NCBI GenBank assembly: GCA_964016885.1 | Contig: OZ024745.1 | Location: forward strand, 35,712,001 to 35,776,000 | Direction of reading: 5' to 3' | Length of the DNA: 64,000 nucleotides | From: Eledone cirrhosa | Taxonomy: Eukaryota | Part shown: piece by piece, positions 1 to 12,200 of the stretch | Numbering within the stretch: the first letter of the stretch is position 1 | Layout of the letters: the number at the start of each line of letters is the position of its first letter | The notes under the pieces: generated by a model | Told to the model about the DNA's origin: nothing | The model's database searches: none | The model's input: the letters and a program-made list of their open reading frames with translations, nothing else | Translations under genes and position numbers: made by a program

Positions 1-289
1 TGTTATGTTGTAGTGCGGGTAATAGTTATATGTTTTGCTCTGAGTAGTGGTAGTAGTACTGGTATTAGTTGTAGAGGTATTAGTTATTATGTTTTTGTGG
101 TGGTAGTAGTTTTACCAATAGTTGTTATTTTGTGGTGGTGATAGTAGATGTTGATGTAACAGCACAAAGGGTGCCAGGAATTATGATATTGTTATAGTAC
201 AAGTGTTGGTAATTATGTAGTTGTGGTGGTAGTAGCGGTTGTAGCTATGTTATAGTGGTGTTAGTAGTGGTGATGCGAGAATATGCCAC

Positions 290-3210
290 CAGTGGTGATA
301 GTGGTAGTAGTGGTAATAGTTGTGTGGCTATTGTGATAGTAGTGGTAATAGTTGTGTGGCTGTTGTGGTAGTAGTGGTAATAGTTGTGTTGTGGTAGTAG
401 TGGTAATAGTTGTGTTGTGGTAGTAGTGGCAATAGTTGTGTGGCTGTTGTGGTAGTAGTGGTAATAGTTGAATTGTGGTAGTAGTGGTAATAGTTGTGTG
501 GCTGTTGTGGTAGTAGTGGTAATAGGTGTGTGACTGTTGTGGTAGTAGTGGTAATAGTTGTGTGGCTGTTGTGGTAGTAGTGGTAATAGTTGTGTTGTGG
601 TAGTAGTGGTAATAGTTGTGTGGCGGTTGTGATAGTAGTGGTAATAGTTGGGTGGCGGTTGTGATAGTAGTGGTAATAGTTGGGTGGCGGTTGTGATAGT
701 AGTGGTAATAGTTGTGTGGCTGTTGTGGTAGTAGTGGTAATAGTTGGGTGGCGGTTGTGATAGTAGTGGTAATAGTTGTGTGGCGGTTGTGATAGTAGTG
801 GTAATAGTTGTGTGGCTGTTGTGGTAGTAGTGGTAATAGTTGTGTGGCTGTTGTGATAGTAGTGGTAATAGTTGTGTGGTTGTTGTGGTAGTAGTGGTAA
901 TAGTTGTGTGGCTGTTGTGGTAGTAGTGGTAATAGTTGTGTTGTGGTAGTAGTGGTAACAGTTGTTTGGCTGTTGTGGTAGTAGTGGTAATAGTTGTGTG
1001 GCTGTTGTGGTAGTAGTGGTAATAGTTGTGTTGTGGTAGTAGTGGTAACAGTTGTTTGGCTGTTGTGGTAGTAGTGGTAATAGTTGTGTTGTGGTAGTAG
1101 TGGTAACAGTTGTTTGGCTGTTGTGGTAGTAGTGGTAATAGTTGTGTGGCTGTTGTGGTAGTAGTGGTAATAGTTGTGTTGTGGTAGTAGTGGTAACAGT
1201 TGTTTGGCTGTTGTGGTAGTAGTGGTAATAGCTGTGTGGCTGTTGTGGTAGCAGTGGTAATATTTGTGTGGCGGTTGTGATAGTAGTGGTAATAGTTGTG
1301 TGGATGTTGTGGTAGTAGAGGTAATAGTTGTGTGGCGGTTGTGGTGGTAGTGGTAATAGTTGTGTGGCTGTTGTGGTAGTAGTGGTAATAGTTGTGTTGT
1401 GGTAGTAGTGGTAATAGTTGTGTTGTGGTAGTAGTGGCAATAGTTGTGTGGCTGTTGTGGTAGTAGTGGTAATAGTTGAATTGTGGTAGTAGTGGTAATA
1501 GTTGTGTGGCTGTTGTGGTAGTAGTGGTAATAGGTGTGTGACTGTTGTGGTAGTAGTGGTAATAGTTGTGTGGCTGTTGTGGTAGTAGTGGTAATAGTTG
1601 TGTTGTGGTAGTAGTGGTAATAGTTGTGTGGCGGTTGTGATAGTAGTGGTAATAGTTGGGTGGCGGTTGTGATAGTAGTGGTAATAGTTGGGTGGCGGTT
1701 GTGATAGTAGTGGTAATAGTTGTGTGGCTGTTGTGGTAGTAGTGGTAATAGTTGGGTGGCGGTTGTGATAGTAGTGGTAATAGTTGTGTGGCGGTTGTGA
1801 TAGTAGTGGTAATAGTTGTGTGGCTGTTGTGGTAGTAGTGGTAATAGTTGTGTGGCTGTTGTGATAGTAGTGGTAATAGTTGTGTGGTTGTTGTGGTAGT
1901 AGTGGTAATAGTTGTGTGGCTGTTGTGGTAGTAGTGGTAATAGTTGTGTTGTGGTAGTAGTGGTAACAGTTGTTTGGCTGTTGTGGTAGTAGTGGTAATA
2001 GTTGTGTGGCTGTTGTGGTAGTAGTGGTAATAGTTGTGTTGTGGTAGTAGTGGTAACAGTTGTTTGGCTGTTGTGGTAGTAGTGGTAATAGTTGTGTTGT
2101 GGTAGTAGTGGTAACAGTTGTTTGGCTGTTGTGGTAGTAGTGGTAATAGTTGTGTGGCTGTTGTGGTAGTAGTGGTAATAGTTGTGTTGTGGTAGTAGTG
2201 GTAACAGTTGTTTGGCTGTTGTGGTAGTAGTGGTAATAGCTGTGTGGCTGTTGTGGTAGCAGTGGTAATATTTGTGTGGCGGTTGTGATAGTAGTGGTAA
2301 TAGTTGTGTGGATGTTGTGGTAGTAGAGGTAATAGTTGTGTGGCGGTTGTGGTGGTAGTGGTAATAGTTGTGTGGCTGTTGTGGTAGTAGTGGTAATAGT
2401 TGTGTTGTGGTAGTAGTGGTAACAGTTGTTTGGCTGTTGTGGTAGTAGTGGTAATAGTTGTGTGGCTGTTGTGGTAGTAGTGGTAATGGTTGTGTTGTGG
2501 TAGTAGTGGTAGCAGTTGTTTGGCTGTTGTGGTAGTAGTGGTAATAGTTGTGTTGTGGTAGTAGTGGTAATAGTTGTGTGGCTGTTGTGGTAGTTGTGGT
2601 AATAGTTGTGTGGTTGTTGTGGTAGTAGTGGTAATAGTTATGTTGTGGTAGTAGTGGTAATAGTTATGTTGTGGTAGTAGTGGTAACAGTTGTTTGGCTG
2701 TTGTGGTAGTAGTGGTAATAGTTGCTTTGCGGTAGTAGTGGTAATAGTTGTGTGGCTGTTGTGGTAGTAGTGGTAATAGTTGTGTGGCTATTGTGGTAGT
2801 AGTGGTAATAGTTGTGTTGCGGTAGTAGTGGTAATAGTGGTGTGGCTATTGTGGTAGTAGTGGTAATAGTTGTGTGGCTGTTGTGGTAGTAGTGGTAATA
2901 GTTGTGTGGCTGTTGTGGTAGTAGTGGTAATAGTTGTGTGGCTGTTGTGGTAGTAATGGTAATAGTTGTGTGACTGTTGTGGTAGTTATGGTAATAGTTG
3001 TGTGGCTGCTGTGGTAGTAATGGTCATAGTTATGTGGCTGCTGTGGTAGTAGTGGTAGTAGTGGTAATAGTTGTGTTGTGGTAGTAGTGGTAGTAGTGGT
3101 AATAGTTGTGTTGTTGTGGTAGTGGTAATGGTTGTGTTGTGGTAGTGGTAATAGTTGTGTTGTTGTTGTGGTAGTGGTAATAGTTGTGTTGTTGTTGTGG
3201 TAGTAGTAGT
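290..3210. repeat. Minisatellite with 32-bp unit GTGGTAGTAGTGGTAATAGTTGTGTGGCTGTT plus 26-bp variants, carrying a 1008-bp higher-order duplication
   Basis: Unit read directly. Diagnostic variants recur 1008 bp apart (ggcaat at ~430 and ~1438; ggatgtt at ~1303 and ~2311). Confidence 0.95.
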
Positions 3211-3539
3211 TTTGTTGTAGTATTGCCTCAAATGTATGGGTTATTGTGGTGTTGCTGGATGTGGTGATGAGATAGGTTTGCCAGTTGTGTAGTTGCTGTT
3301 GATGTCGATGTTTTTGTTGTTGGTTGTGGTGTTACTGGTGGTTGTAGGGTTAGTGGGGTTACCGGGTGTGCTGAATAGGTAAAAGTCGGGGTGGTGAGGA
3401 CACGTTAGTGTCGGGAGCAGTATAGGTAGTGAGGTAATGTGGGTATTGATATTAAGAGTGTCGGGGATGGTTGTCTGGTGCTGGTCTGGTGCTGTCTGGT
3501 GCTGGTCTGGTGCTGGTCTGGTGGTGGTCATCGTAATAC

Positions 3540-3716
3540 TTGTTTCTACTTTTGGCACAAGGCCAGCAAATAATCCAGTGTATTACTGGTACTTTATTTT
3601 ATCGACCCCGTAAGGATGAAAGGCAAAGTTAACCCCGGCGGGATTCTAACTCAGACTGGCAAGAGCCGTAACTCTATGCGTCAAAGCATAGCGTCCGACC
3701 CTCTGCCGATACTGCC
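3540..3716 (-). mobile_element. tRNA-derived SINE, near full length (octopus-type family)
   Basis: Reverse complement reads ...GAGTTAGAATCCCGCC (B-box-like)...CTTTGCCTTTCATCCTTACGGGGTCGATAAAATAAAGTACCAG...GGCCTTGTGCCAAAAGTAGAAACA. The same sequence recurs at 5.2, 51.6-51.9 and 53.0-53.3 kb. Confidence 0.85.
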
Positions 3717-4039
3717 AAATGGGGTATAGGTTGTTTCGGTAGTGGCATTGGCCGTGGGGATGGTGGGTTAATATGACTTTAGTGGTGGCTGTGGTGGGAG
3801 TTGTGGGAGGTATTGTTTGTGTTGGTAGTGGTATCGAGGTGTAGGGGTGTCAATGGTATGTGTGGTGCTGGTTGATAGTGTGTTTGGTGGGGATGGTAAA
3901 AGGAAGAGATGAAGTAAGAGAAGTTATTAAATAAGTTTAAACTAACACGACATAAACAATTATTCATCTCTCACATCAGGCAGAATTGTCTAGCCACACA
4001 CATACACCTAGGGGTGTGTGTGTGTGCGTGTGGGGGGGG

Positions 4040-4579
4040 GGCACATTCACACCCATGCGCACGCAATTACACACACACACATACACACACACACGCACAC
4101 ACACACATATATACAATAACTTAATCACTTACACTCACACATACACACAAACACTTACAGGTATATAGCCGAAAAAAATTCACATGGACACTTACACAGA
4201 CACACAGACAAACGCACACAATTACTCCCCCACGAGGACACATGCACACACAATCACTTACATTCACACATACATACACACAATCACTTACATACATATA
4301 CCCGCAAAAAATACATATACACACTTACACAGACATACGCATAGACACATACACTACCACATGTAGACACACACACAGAATCACTTACATACATATGAGC
4401 GTTTACAGACACAAATACACGACCACATACACACACTTACATTTGTACACTGACATATATCTATACACACTCTTTTACACTCATACATACACATAGACAC
4501 AGACATAGACTGACACAACTATATAAACATACCCCCCCCCTCACACACACATGCACACACACATACATACACGCGCGCG

Positions 4580-4650
<71 letters not shown>

Positions 4651-5140
4651 TTTTGCCACCATATATACCTCCTGATACGAGTTCTCATACTTACACATAC
4701 CTAGGTACATTCCCTTACATACTCTTAAACACAAACTAATTTACACATACACATTTACATACCTAGATACTTACTCATACACGCAAACATATATATATAT
4801 ACATTCACATAACTAGACATGCATTAACTTTACGGATTCACAAATATCACTCATACATACACACATGCATGTATACAGATACCTCTCCAAACATACATTC
4901 TTTGTTCACACACACTCACAAACCCTTGCGCACACTTACACACACGCACTCTTTAAAAAATACACACACACTTACGCGCACACACAAAGACACACTTACA
5001 AGCACACACTTGTACACACCGATTTGCATACGTCTAGGAACACATCTAATACATATTTATATATTCGTTTGTGCACACACCCACTTGTTTATACATTTAC
5101 GTGCCTTCATATACATACACACATAAACATTCATTTGTAC
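4040..5140. repeat. Degenerate (CA)n/(CATA)n microsatellite-derived region with a pure (CA)n tract at ~4585-4646
   Basis: Visible dinucleotide repeats; the overlapping ORFs are HT/VC-type artefacts. Confidence 0.9.
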
Positions 5141-5159
5141 ATATTATATTATATATACT

Positions 5160-5278
5160 CTGTGTTCAAATCCCGCCGAGGTTGACTTTGCCTTTCATCC
5201 TTACGAGGTCGATAAAATAAAGTACCAGTAATACACTGGATATTTTGCTGGCCTTGTGCCTAAAGTAGAAACAATTAT
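5160..5278 (+). mobile_element. 5'-truncated copy of the same SINE
   Basis: GTTCAAATCCCGCCGAGGTTGACTTTGCCTTTCATCCTTACGAGGTCGATAAAATAAAGTACCAG...GTAGAAACAATTAT. Confidence 0.85.
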
Positions 5279-6269
5279 ATTATATATATTCATTTGCACA
5301 CATACACACATGTACACAAGCACAGACCCATGCATATGTATATATGTATATACACACACAACAAATTATCTTTTAAAAATTTATTAGTTCTTGTTGCGAT
5401 TTAGCCCTAGGATAAGCTTGGTTGTGCAGGCTATTAACCAAAGCTGGTCGAGCTGTGATCATCACATATTTTTACCATTTAGGCTAAATGCATCTCGGAA
5501 TATATTATCCAATGAGTCTTTCTGTTTTTAAGACGGTATAATTTTAATGAGATACGATTTCTATTTCTAGCAGCTGCATATAGCCACAATCGGGGTTGGC
5601 TGTGGTGTGTTATAGGAGCTACTGCTGGTGTTTGTTAGCGGTGTCAGTGGTAGTTGTAATGGTATTAGTGATGTTACTGTTGAAGGAGAGTGTGATGATG
5701 TTGGATGTATAGTTCTGTTTCTGCTGCTGTTGTTGTTGGTGGTGATGTTGATGGTGTTGTTGGTGTTTGTGATGGTGGCGGCAGTGAGGTGATGTTGCTC
5801 ATGGTGTTATTAGTACTGTTGCTGTTGGTATTAGTGATGTTACTGTTGATAGACAGTGTGGTGATGCTGGATGAATAGTTCCGTTTCTGCTGCTGTTGTT
5901 GTTATTGGTGGTGTTTATGATGGTGGCGGCAGTGAGGTGATGTTGCTCGTGGTGTAATTAGTACTGTTGCTGTTGAAAGAGAGTGTGGTGATGCTGAATG
6001 AATAGTTGTTTCTGCTGCTGTTGCTGCTACTGCTGCTGCTACTTCTGTTGTTGTTGGTGGTGGTGTTGGTGGTGGTGTTGGTGGTGGTGTTGGTGGTGGT
6101 GTTGGTGGTGTTAGTGTTTGTGAGGGTGGCGTCAGTGAGGTGTTGTTGCTCATGGTGTTATTAGTACCTTTGCTGTTGATATTAGTGATTATGGTGATGT
6201 AAGTATCTTTTTTTTTTTATTATTCGTATTATTATTGTTTCTGATGCTGAAAGTGATGATGGCAGTGTT

Positions 6270-9200
6270 GGTAGTGTCAGTGGTGGTAGTGTCAGTGGTG
6301 GTAGTGTCAGTGGTGGTAGTGTCAGTGGTGGTAGTGTCAGTTGTGGTAGTGTCAGTGGTGGTAATGTCAGTGGTGGTAGTGTCATTGGTGGTAGTGTCAG
6401 TGGTGGTAGTGTCAGTTGTGGTAGTGTTAGTGGTGGTAGTGTTAGTGGTGGTAGTGTCAGTGGTGGTAATGTCAGTGGTGGTAGTGTCATTGGTGGTAGT
6501 GTCAGTGGTGGTAGTGTCAGTTGTGGTAGTGTCAGTGGTGGTAGTGTCAGTGGTGGTAGTGTCAGTGGTGGTAGTGTTAGTGGTGGTAGTGTTAGTGGTG
6601 GTAGTGTCAGTGGTGGTAGTGTCAGTGGTGGCAGTGTCAGTGGTGGTAGTGTCAGTAGTGGTAGTGTCATTGGTGGTAGTGTCAGTGGTGGTAGTGTCAG
6701 TGGTGGTAGAGTCAGTGGTGGTAGTGTCATTGGTGGTAGTGTCAGTGGTGGTAGTGTCAGTGGTGGTAGTGTCAGTGGTGGTAGAGTCAGTGGTGGTTGT
6801 GTCAGTGGTGGTAGTGTCAGTAGTGGTAGTGTCATTGGTGGTAGTGTCAGTGGTGGTAGTGTCAGTGGTGGTAGTGTCAGTGGTGGTAGTGTCAGTGGTG
6901 GTAGAGTCAGTGGTGGTTGTGTCAGTGGTGGTAGTGTCAGTGGTGGTAGTGTTAGTGGTGGTAGTGTCAGTGGTGGTAGTGTCAGAGGTGGTAGTGTCAG
7001 TGGTGGTAGTGTCAGTGGTGGTAGTGTCAGTGGTGGTTGTGTCAGTGGTGGTAGTGTCAGTGGTGGTTGTGTCAGTGGTGGTTGTGTCAGTGGTGGTAGT
7101 GTCAGTGGTGGTAGTGTCAGTGGTGGTAGTGTCAGTGGTGGTAGTGTCAGTGGTGGTAGTGTCAGTGGTGGTAGTGTCAGTGGTGGTAGTGTCAGTGGTG
7201 GTTGTGTCAGTGGTGGTTGTGTCAGTGGTGGTAGTGTCAGTGGTGGTAGTGTCAGTGGTGGTAGTGTCAGTGGTGGTTGTGTCAGTGGTGGTTGTGTCAG
7301 TGGTGGTAGTGATATTGGTGGTAGTGTCAGTGGTGCTAGTGTCAGTGGTGGTAGTGTCAATGGTGGCAGTGTCAGTGGTGGTTGTGTCAGTGGTGGTAGT
7401 GTCAGTGGTGGTAGTGTCAGTGGTGGTAGTGTCAGTGGTGGTAGTGTCAGTGGTGGTTGTGTCAGTGGTGGTTGTGTCAGTGGTGGTAGTGTCAGTGGTG
7501 GTAGTGTCAGTGGTGGTAGTGTCAGTGGTGGTAGTGTCAGAGGTGGTAGTGTCAGTGGTGGTAGTGTCAGTGGTGGTAGTGATAGTGGTGGTAGTGTCAG
7601 TGGTGGTAGTGTCAGTGGTGGTAGTGTCAGTGGTGGTTGTGTCAGTGGTGGTAGTGTCAGTGGTGGTAGTGTCAGTGGTGGTAGTGTCAGTGGTGGTAGT
7701 GTCAGTGGTGGTTGTGTCAGTGGTGGTAGTGTCAGTGGTGGTAGTGTTAGTGGTGGTAGTGTAGTGGTGGTAGTGTAGTGGTGGTTGTGTCAGTGGTGGT
7801 AGTGTCAGTGGTGGTAGTGTCAGTGGTGGTAGTGTCAGTGGTGGTAGTGTCAGAGGTGGTAGTGTCAGTGGTGGTAGTGTCAGTGGTGGTAGTGATAGTG
7901 GTGGTAGTGTCAGTGGTGGTAGTGTCAGTGGTGGTAGTGTCAGTGGTGGTTGTGTCAGTGGTGGTAGTGTCAGTGGTGGTAGTGTCAATGGTGGTAGTGA
8001 TAGTGGTGGTAGTGTCAGTGGTGGTAGTGATAGTGGTGATAGTGTCAGTGGTGGTAGTGTCAGTGGTGGTAGAGTCAGTGGTGGTAGTGTCAGTGGTGGT
8101 AGTGTCAGTGGTGGTAGTGTCAATGGTGGTAGTGTCAGTGGTTGTAGTGTTAGTGGTGGTAGTGTCAGTGGTGGTAGTGTCAGAGGTGGTAGTGTGAGTG
8201 GTGGTTTTGTCAGTGGTGGTTGTGTCAGTGGTGGTAGTGTCAGTGGTGGTAGTGTCAGTGGTGGTTGTGTCAGTGGTGGTAGTGTCAGTGGTGGTAGTGT
8301 CAGTGGTGGTAGTGTCAGTGGTGGTAGTGTCAGTGGTGGTAGTGTCAGGGGTGACAATGTCAGTGGTGGTAGTGTCAATGGTGGTAGTGTCAGTGGTTGT
8401 AGTGTCAGTGGTGGTAGTGTCAGTGGTGGTAGTGTCAGTGGTGGTAGTGTCAGTGGTGGTAGTGATATTGGTGGTAGTGTCAGTGGTGCTAGTGTCAGTG
8501 GTGGTAGTGTCAATGGTGGTAGTGTCAGTGGTGGTAGTGGTAGTAGTGGTAATGTCAGTGGTGGTAGTGTCAGTGGTAGTAGTGTCAGTGGTGGTTGTGT
8601 CAGTGGTGGTTGTGTCAGTGGTGGTAGTGTCAGTGGTGGTAGTGTTAGTGGTGGTAGTGTCAGTGGTGCTAGTGTCAGTGGTGGTAGTGTCAGTGGTGGT
8701 AGTGGTAGTAGTGGTAATGTCAGTGGTGGTAGTGTCAATGGTGGTAGTGTCAGTGGTGGTAGTGGTAGTAGTGGTAATGTCAGTGGTGGTAGTGTCAATG
8801 GTGGTAGTGTCAGTGGTGGTAATGTCAGTGGTGGCAATGTAAGTGGTGGTAGTGTCAGTGGTGGTAGTGTCAGGGGTGGTAGTATCAGAGGTGGTAATGT
8901 CAGTGGTGGTAGTGTCAGTGGTGGTAATGTCAGTGGTGGCAATGTAAGTGGTGGTAGTGTCAGTGGTGGTAGTGTCAGTGGTGGTAGTGTCTGAGGTGGT
9001 AGTGTCAGTGGTGGTAGTGTCAGTGGTGGTAGTGTCAGTGGTGGTTGTGTCAGTGGTGGTAGTGTCAGTGGTGGTAGTGTCAGTGGTGGTTGTGTCAGTG
9101 GTGGTAGTGTCAGTGATGGTAGTATCAGTGGTGGTAGTGTCAGTGGTGGTAGTGTCAGTGGTGGTAGTGTCAGTGGTGGTTGTGTCAGTGGTGGTTGTGT

Positions 9201-12200
9201 CAGTGGTGGTTGTGTCAGTGGTGGTTGTGTCAGTGGTGGTAGTATCAGTGATGGTAGTATCAGTGGTGGTAGTGTCAGTGGTGGTAGTGTCAGTGGTGGT
9301 AGTGTCAGTGGTGGTAGTGTCAGTGGTGGTAGTGTCAGTGGTGGTAGTGTCAGTGGTGGTTGTGTCAGTGGTGGTTATGTCAGTGGTGGTAGTGTCAGTG
9401 GTGGTAGTATCAGTGATGGTAGTATCAGTGGTGGTAGTGTCAGTGGTGGTAGTGTCAGTGGTGGTAGTGTCAGTGGTGGTAGTGTCAGTGGTGGTAGTGT
9501 CAGTGGTGGTAGTGTCAGTGGTGGTAGTGTCAGTGGTGGTAGTGTCAGTGGTGGTAGTGTCACTGGTGGTAGTGTCAGTGGTGGTGTGTCAGTGGTGGTA
9601 GTGTCAGTGGTGGTAGTGTCAGTAGTGGTAGTGTCATTGGTGGTAGTGTCAGTGGTGGTAGTGTCAGTGGTGGTAGTGTCAGTGGTGGTAGTGTCAGTGG
9701 TGGTGTGTCAGTGGTGGTAGTGTCAGTGGTGGTAGTGTCAGTGGTGGTGTGTCAGTGGTGGTAGTGTCAGTGGTGGTGTGTCAGTGGTGGTAGTGTCAGT
9801 GGTGGTAGTGTCAGTAGTGGTAGTGTCATTGGTGGTAGTGTCAGTGGTGGTAGTGTCAGTGGTGGTAGTGTCAGTGGTGGTAGTGTCAGTGGTGGTGTGT
9901 CAGTGGTGGTAGTGTCAGTGGTGGTAGTGTCAGCAGTGGTAGTGTCATTGGTGGTAGTGTCAGTGGTGGTAGTGTCAGTGGTGGTAGTGTCAGTGGTGGT
10001 AGTGTCAGTGGTGGTGTGTCAGTGGTGGTAGTGTCATTGGTGGTAGTGTCAGTGGTGGTAGTGTTAGTGGTGGTAGTGTCAGTGGTGGTAGTGATAGTGG
10101 TGGTAGTGTCAGTGGTGGTTATGTCAGTGGTGGTAGTGTCAGTGGTGGTAGTGTCAGTGGTGGTAGTGTCAGTGGTGGTTGTGTCACTGGTGGTAGTGTC
10201 AGTGGTGGTATTGTCAGTGGTGGTTGTGTCAGTGGTGGTAGTGTCAGTGGTGGTAGTGTCAGTGGTGGTAGTGTCAGTGGTGGTAGTGTCAGTGGTGGTA
10301 GTGTTAGTGGTTGTAGCGTCAGTGGTGGTAGTGTCAGTGGTGGTAGTGTCAGTGGTGGTAGTGTCAGTGGTGGTTGTGTCAGTGGTGGTTGTGTCAGTGG
10401 TGGTAGTGTCAGTGGTGGTAGTGTTAGTGGTTGTAGCGTCAGTGGTGGTAGTGTCAGTGGTGGTAGTGTCAGTGGTGGTAGTGTCAGTGGTGGTTGTGTC
10501 AGTGGTGGTTGTGTCAGTGGTGGTAGTGTCAGTGGTGGTAGTGTCAGTGGTGGTAGTGTCAGTGGTGGTAGTGTCAGTGGTGGTAGTGTCAGTGGTGGTA
10601 GTGTCAGTCGTGGTAGTGTCAGTGGTGGTAGTGTCAGTGGTGGTAGTGTCAGTGGTGGTAGTGTTAGTGGTTGTAGCGTCAGTGGTGGTAGTGTCAGTGG
10701 TGGTAGTGTCAGTGGTGGTAGTGTCAGTGGTGGTTGTGTCAGTGGTGGTTGTGTCAGTGGTGGTAGTGTCAGTGGTGGTAGTGTCAGTGGTGGTAGTGTC
10801 AGTGGTGGTAGTGTCAGTGGTGGTTGTGTCAGTGGTGGTTGTGTCAGTGGTGGTAGTGTCAGTGGTGGTAGTGTCAGTGGTGGTAGTGTCAGTGGTGGTA
10901 GTGTCAGAGGTGGTAGTGTCAGTGGTGGTAGTGTCAGTGGTGGTAGTGATAGTGGTGGTAGTGTCAGTGGTGGTAGTGTCAGTGGTGGTAGTGTCAGTGG
11001 TGGTAGTGTCAGTGGTGGTAGTGTCAGTTGTGGTAGTGTCAGTGGTGGTAGTGTCAGTGGTGGTAGTGTCAGTGGTGGTAGTGTTAGTGGTGGTAGTGTT
11101 AGTGGTGGTAGTGTCAGTGGTGGTAATGTCATTGGTGGTAGTGTCATTGGTGGTAGTGTCAGTAGTGGTAGTGTCATTGGTGGTAGTGTCAGTGGTGGTA
11201 GTGTCAGTGGTGGTAGTGTCAGTGGTGGTAGTGTCATTGGTGGTAGTGTCAGTGGTGGTAGAGTCAGTGGTGGTTGTGTCAGTGGTGGTAGTGTCAGTGG
11301 TGGTAGTGTCAGTGGTGGTAGTGTCATTGGTGGTAGTGTCAGTGGTGGTAGTGTCAGTAGTGGTAGTGTCATTGGTGGTAGTGTCAGTGGTGGTAGTGTC
11401 AGTGGTGGTAGTGTCACTGGTGGTAGTGTCAGTGGTGGTGTGTCAGTGGTGGTAGTGTCAGTGGTGGTAGTGTCAGTAGTGGTAGTGTCATTGGTGGTAG
11501 TGTCAGTGGTGGTAGTGTCAGTGGTGGTAGTGTCAGTGGTGGTAGTGTCAGTGGTGGTGTGTCAGTGGTGGTAGTGTCAGTGGTGGTAGTGTCAGTAGTG
11601 GTAGTGTCATTGGTGGTAGTGTCAGTGGTGGTAGTGTCAGTGGTGGTAGTGTCAGTGGTGGTAGTGTCAGTGGTGGTGTGTCAGTGGTGGTAGTGTCAGT
11701 GGTGGTGTGTCAGTGGTGGTAGTGTCAGTGGTGGTAGTGTCACTGGTGGTAGTGTCAGTGGTGGTAGTGTCAGTGGTGGTAGTGTCAGTGGTGGTAGTGT
11801 CAGTAGTGGTAGTGTCATTGGTGGTAGTGTCAGTGGTGGTAGTGTCAGTGGTGGTAGTGTCAGTGGTTGTAGTGTCAGTGGTGGTGTGTCAGTGGTGGTA
11901 GTGTCAGTGGTGGTAGTGTCAGCAGTGGTAGTGTCATTGGTGGTAGTGTCAGTGGTGGTAGTGTCAGTGGTGGTAGTGTCAGTGGTGGTAGTGTCAGTGG
12001 TGGTGTGTCAGTGGTGGTAGTGTCATTGGTGGTAGTGTCAGTGGTGGTAGTGTTAGTGGTGGTAGTGTCAGTGGTGGTAGTGATAGTGGTGGTAGTGTCA
12101 GTGGTGGTTATGTCAGTGGTGGTAGTGTCAGTGGTGGTAGTGTCAATGGTGGTAGTGTCAGTGGTGGTTGTGTCACTGGTGGTAGTGTCAGTGGTGGTAT

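Noticed and set aside
328-3231. ORFs in the 32/26-bp minisatellite
   Set aside because: Unit lengths are not multiples of three, so the translation cycles through frames.
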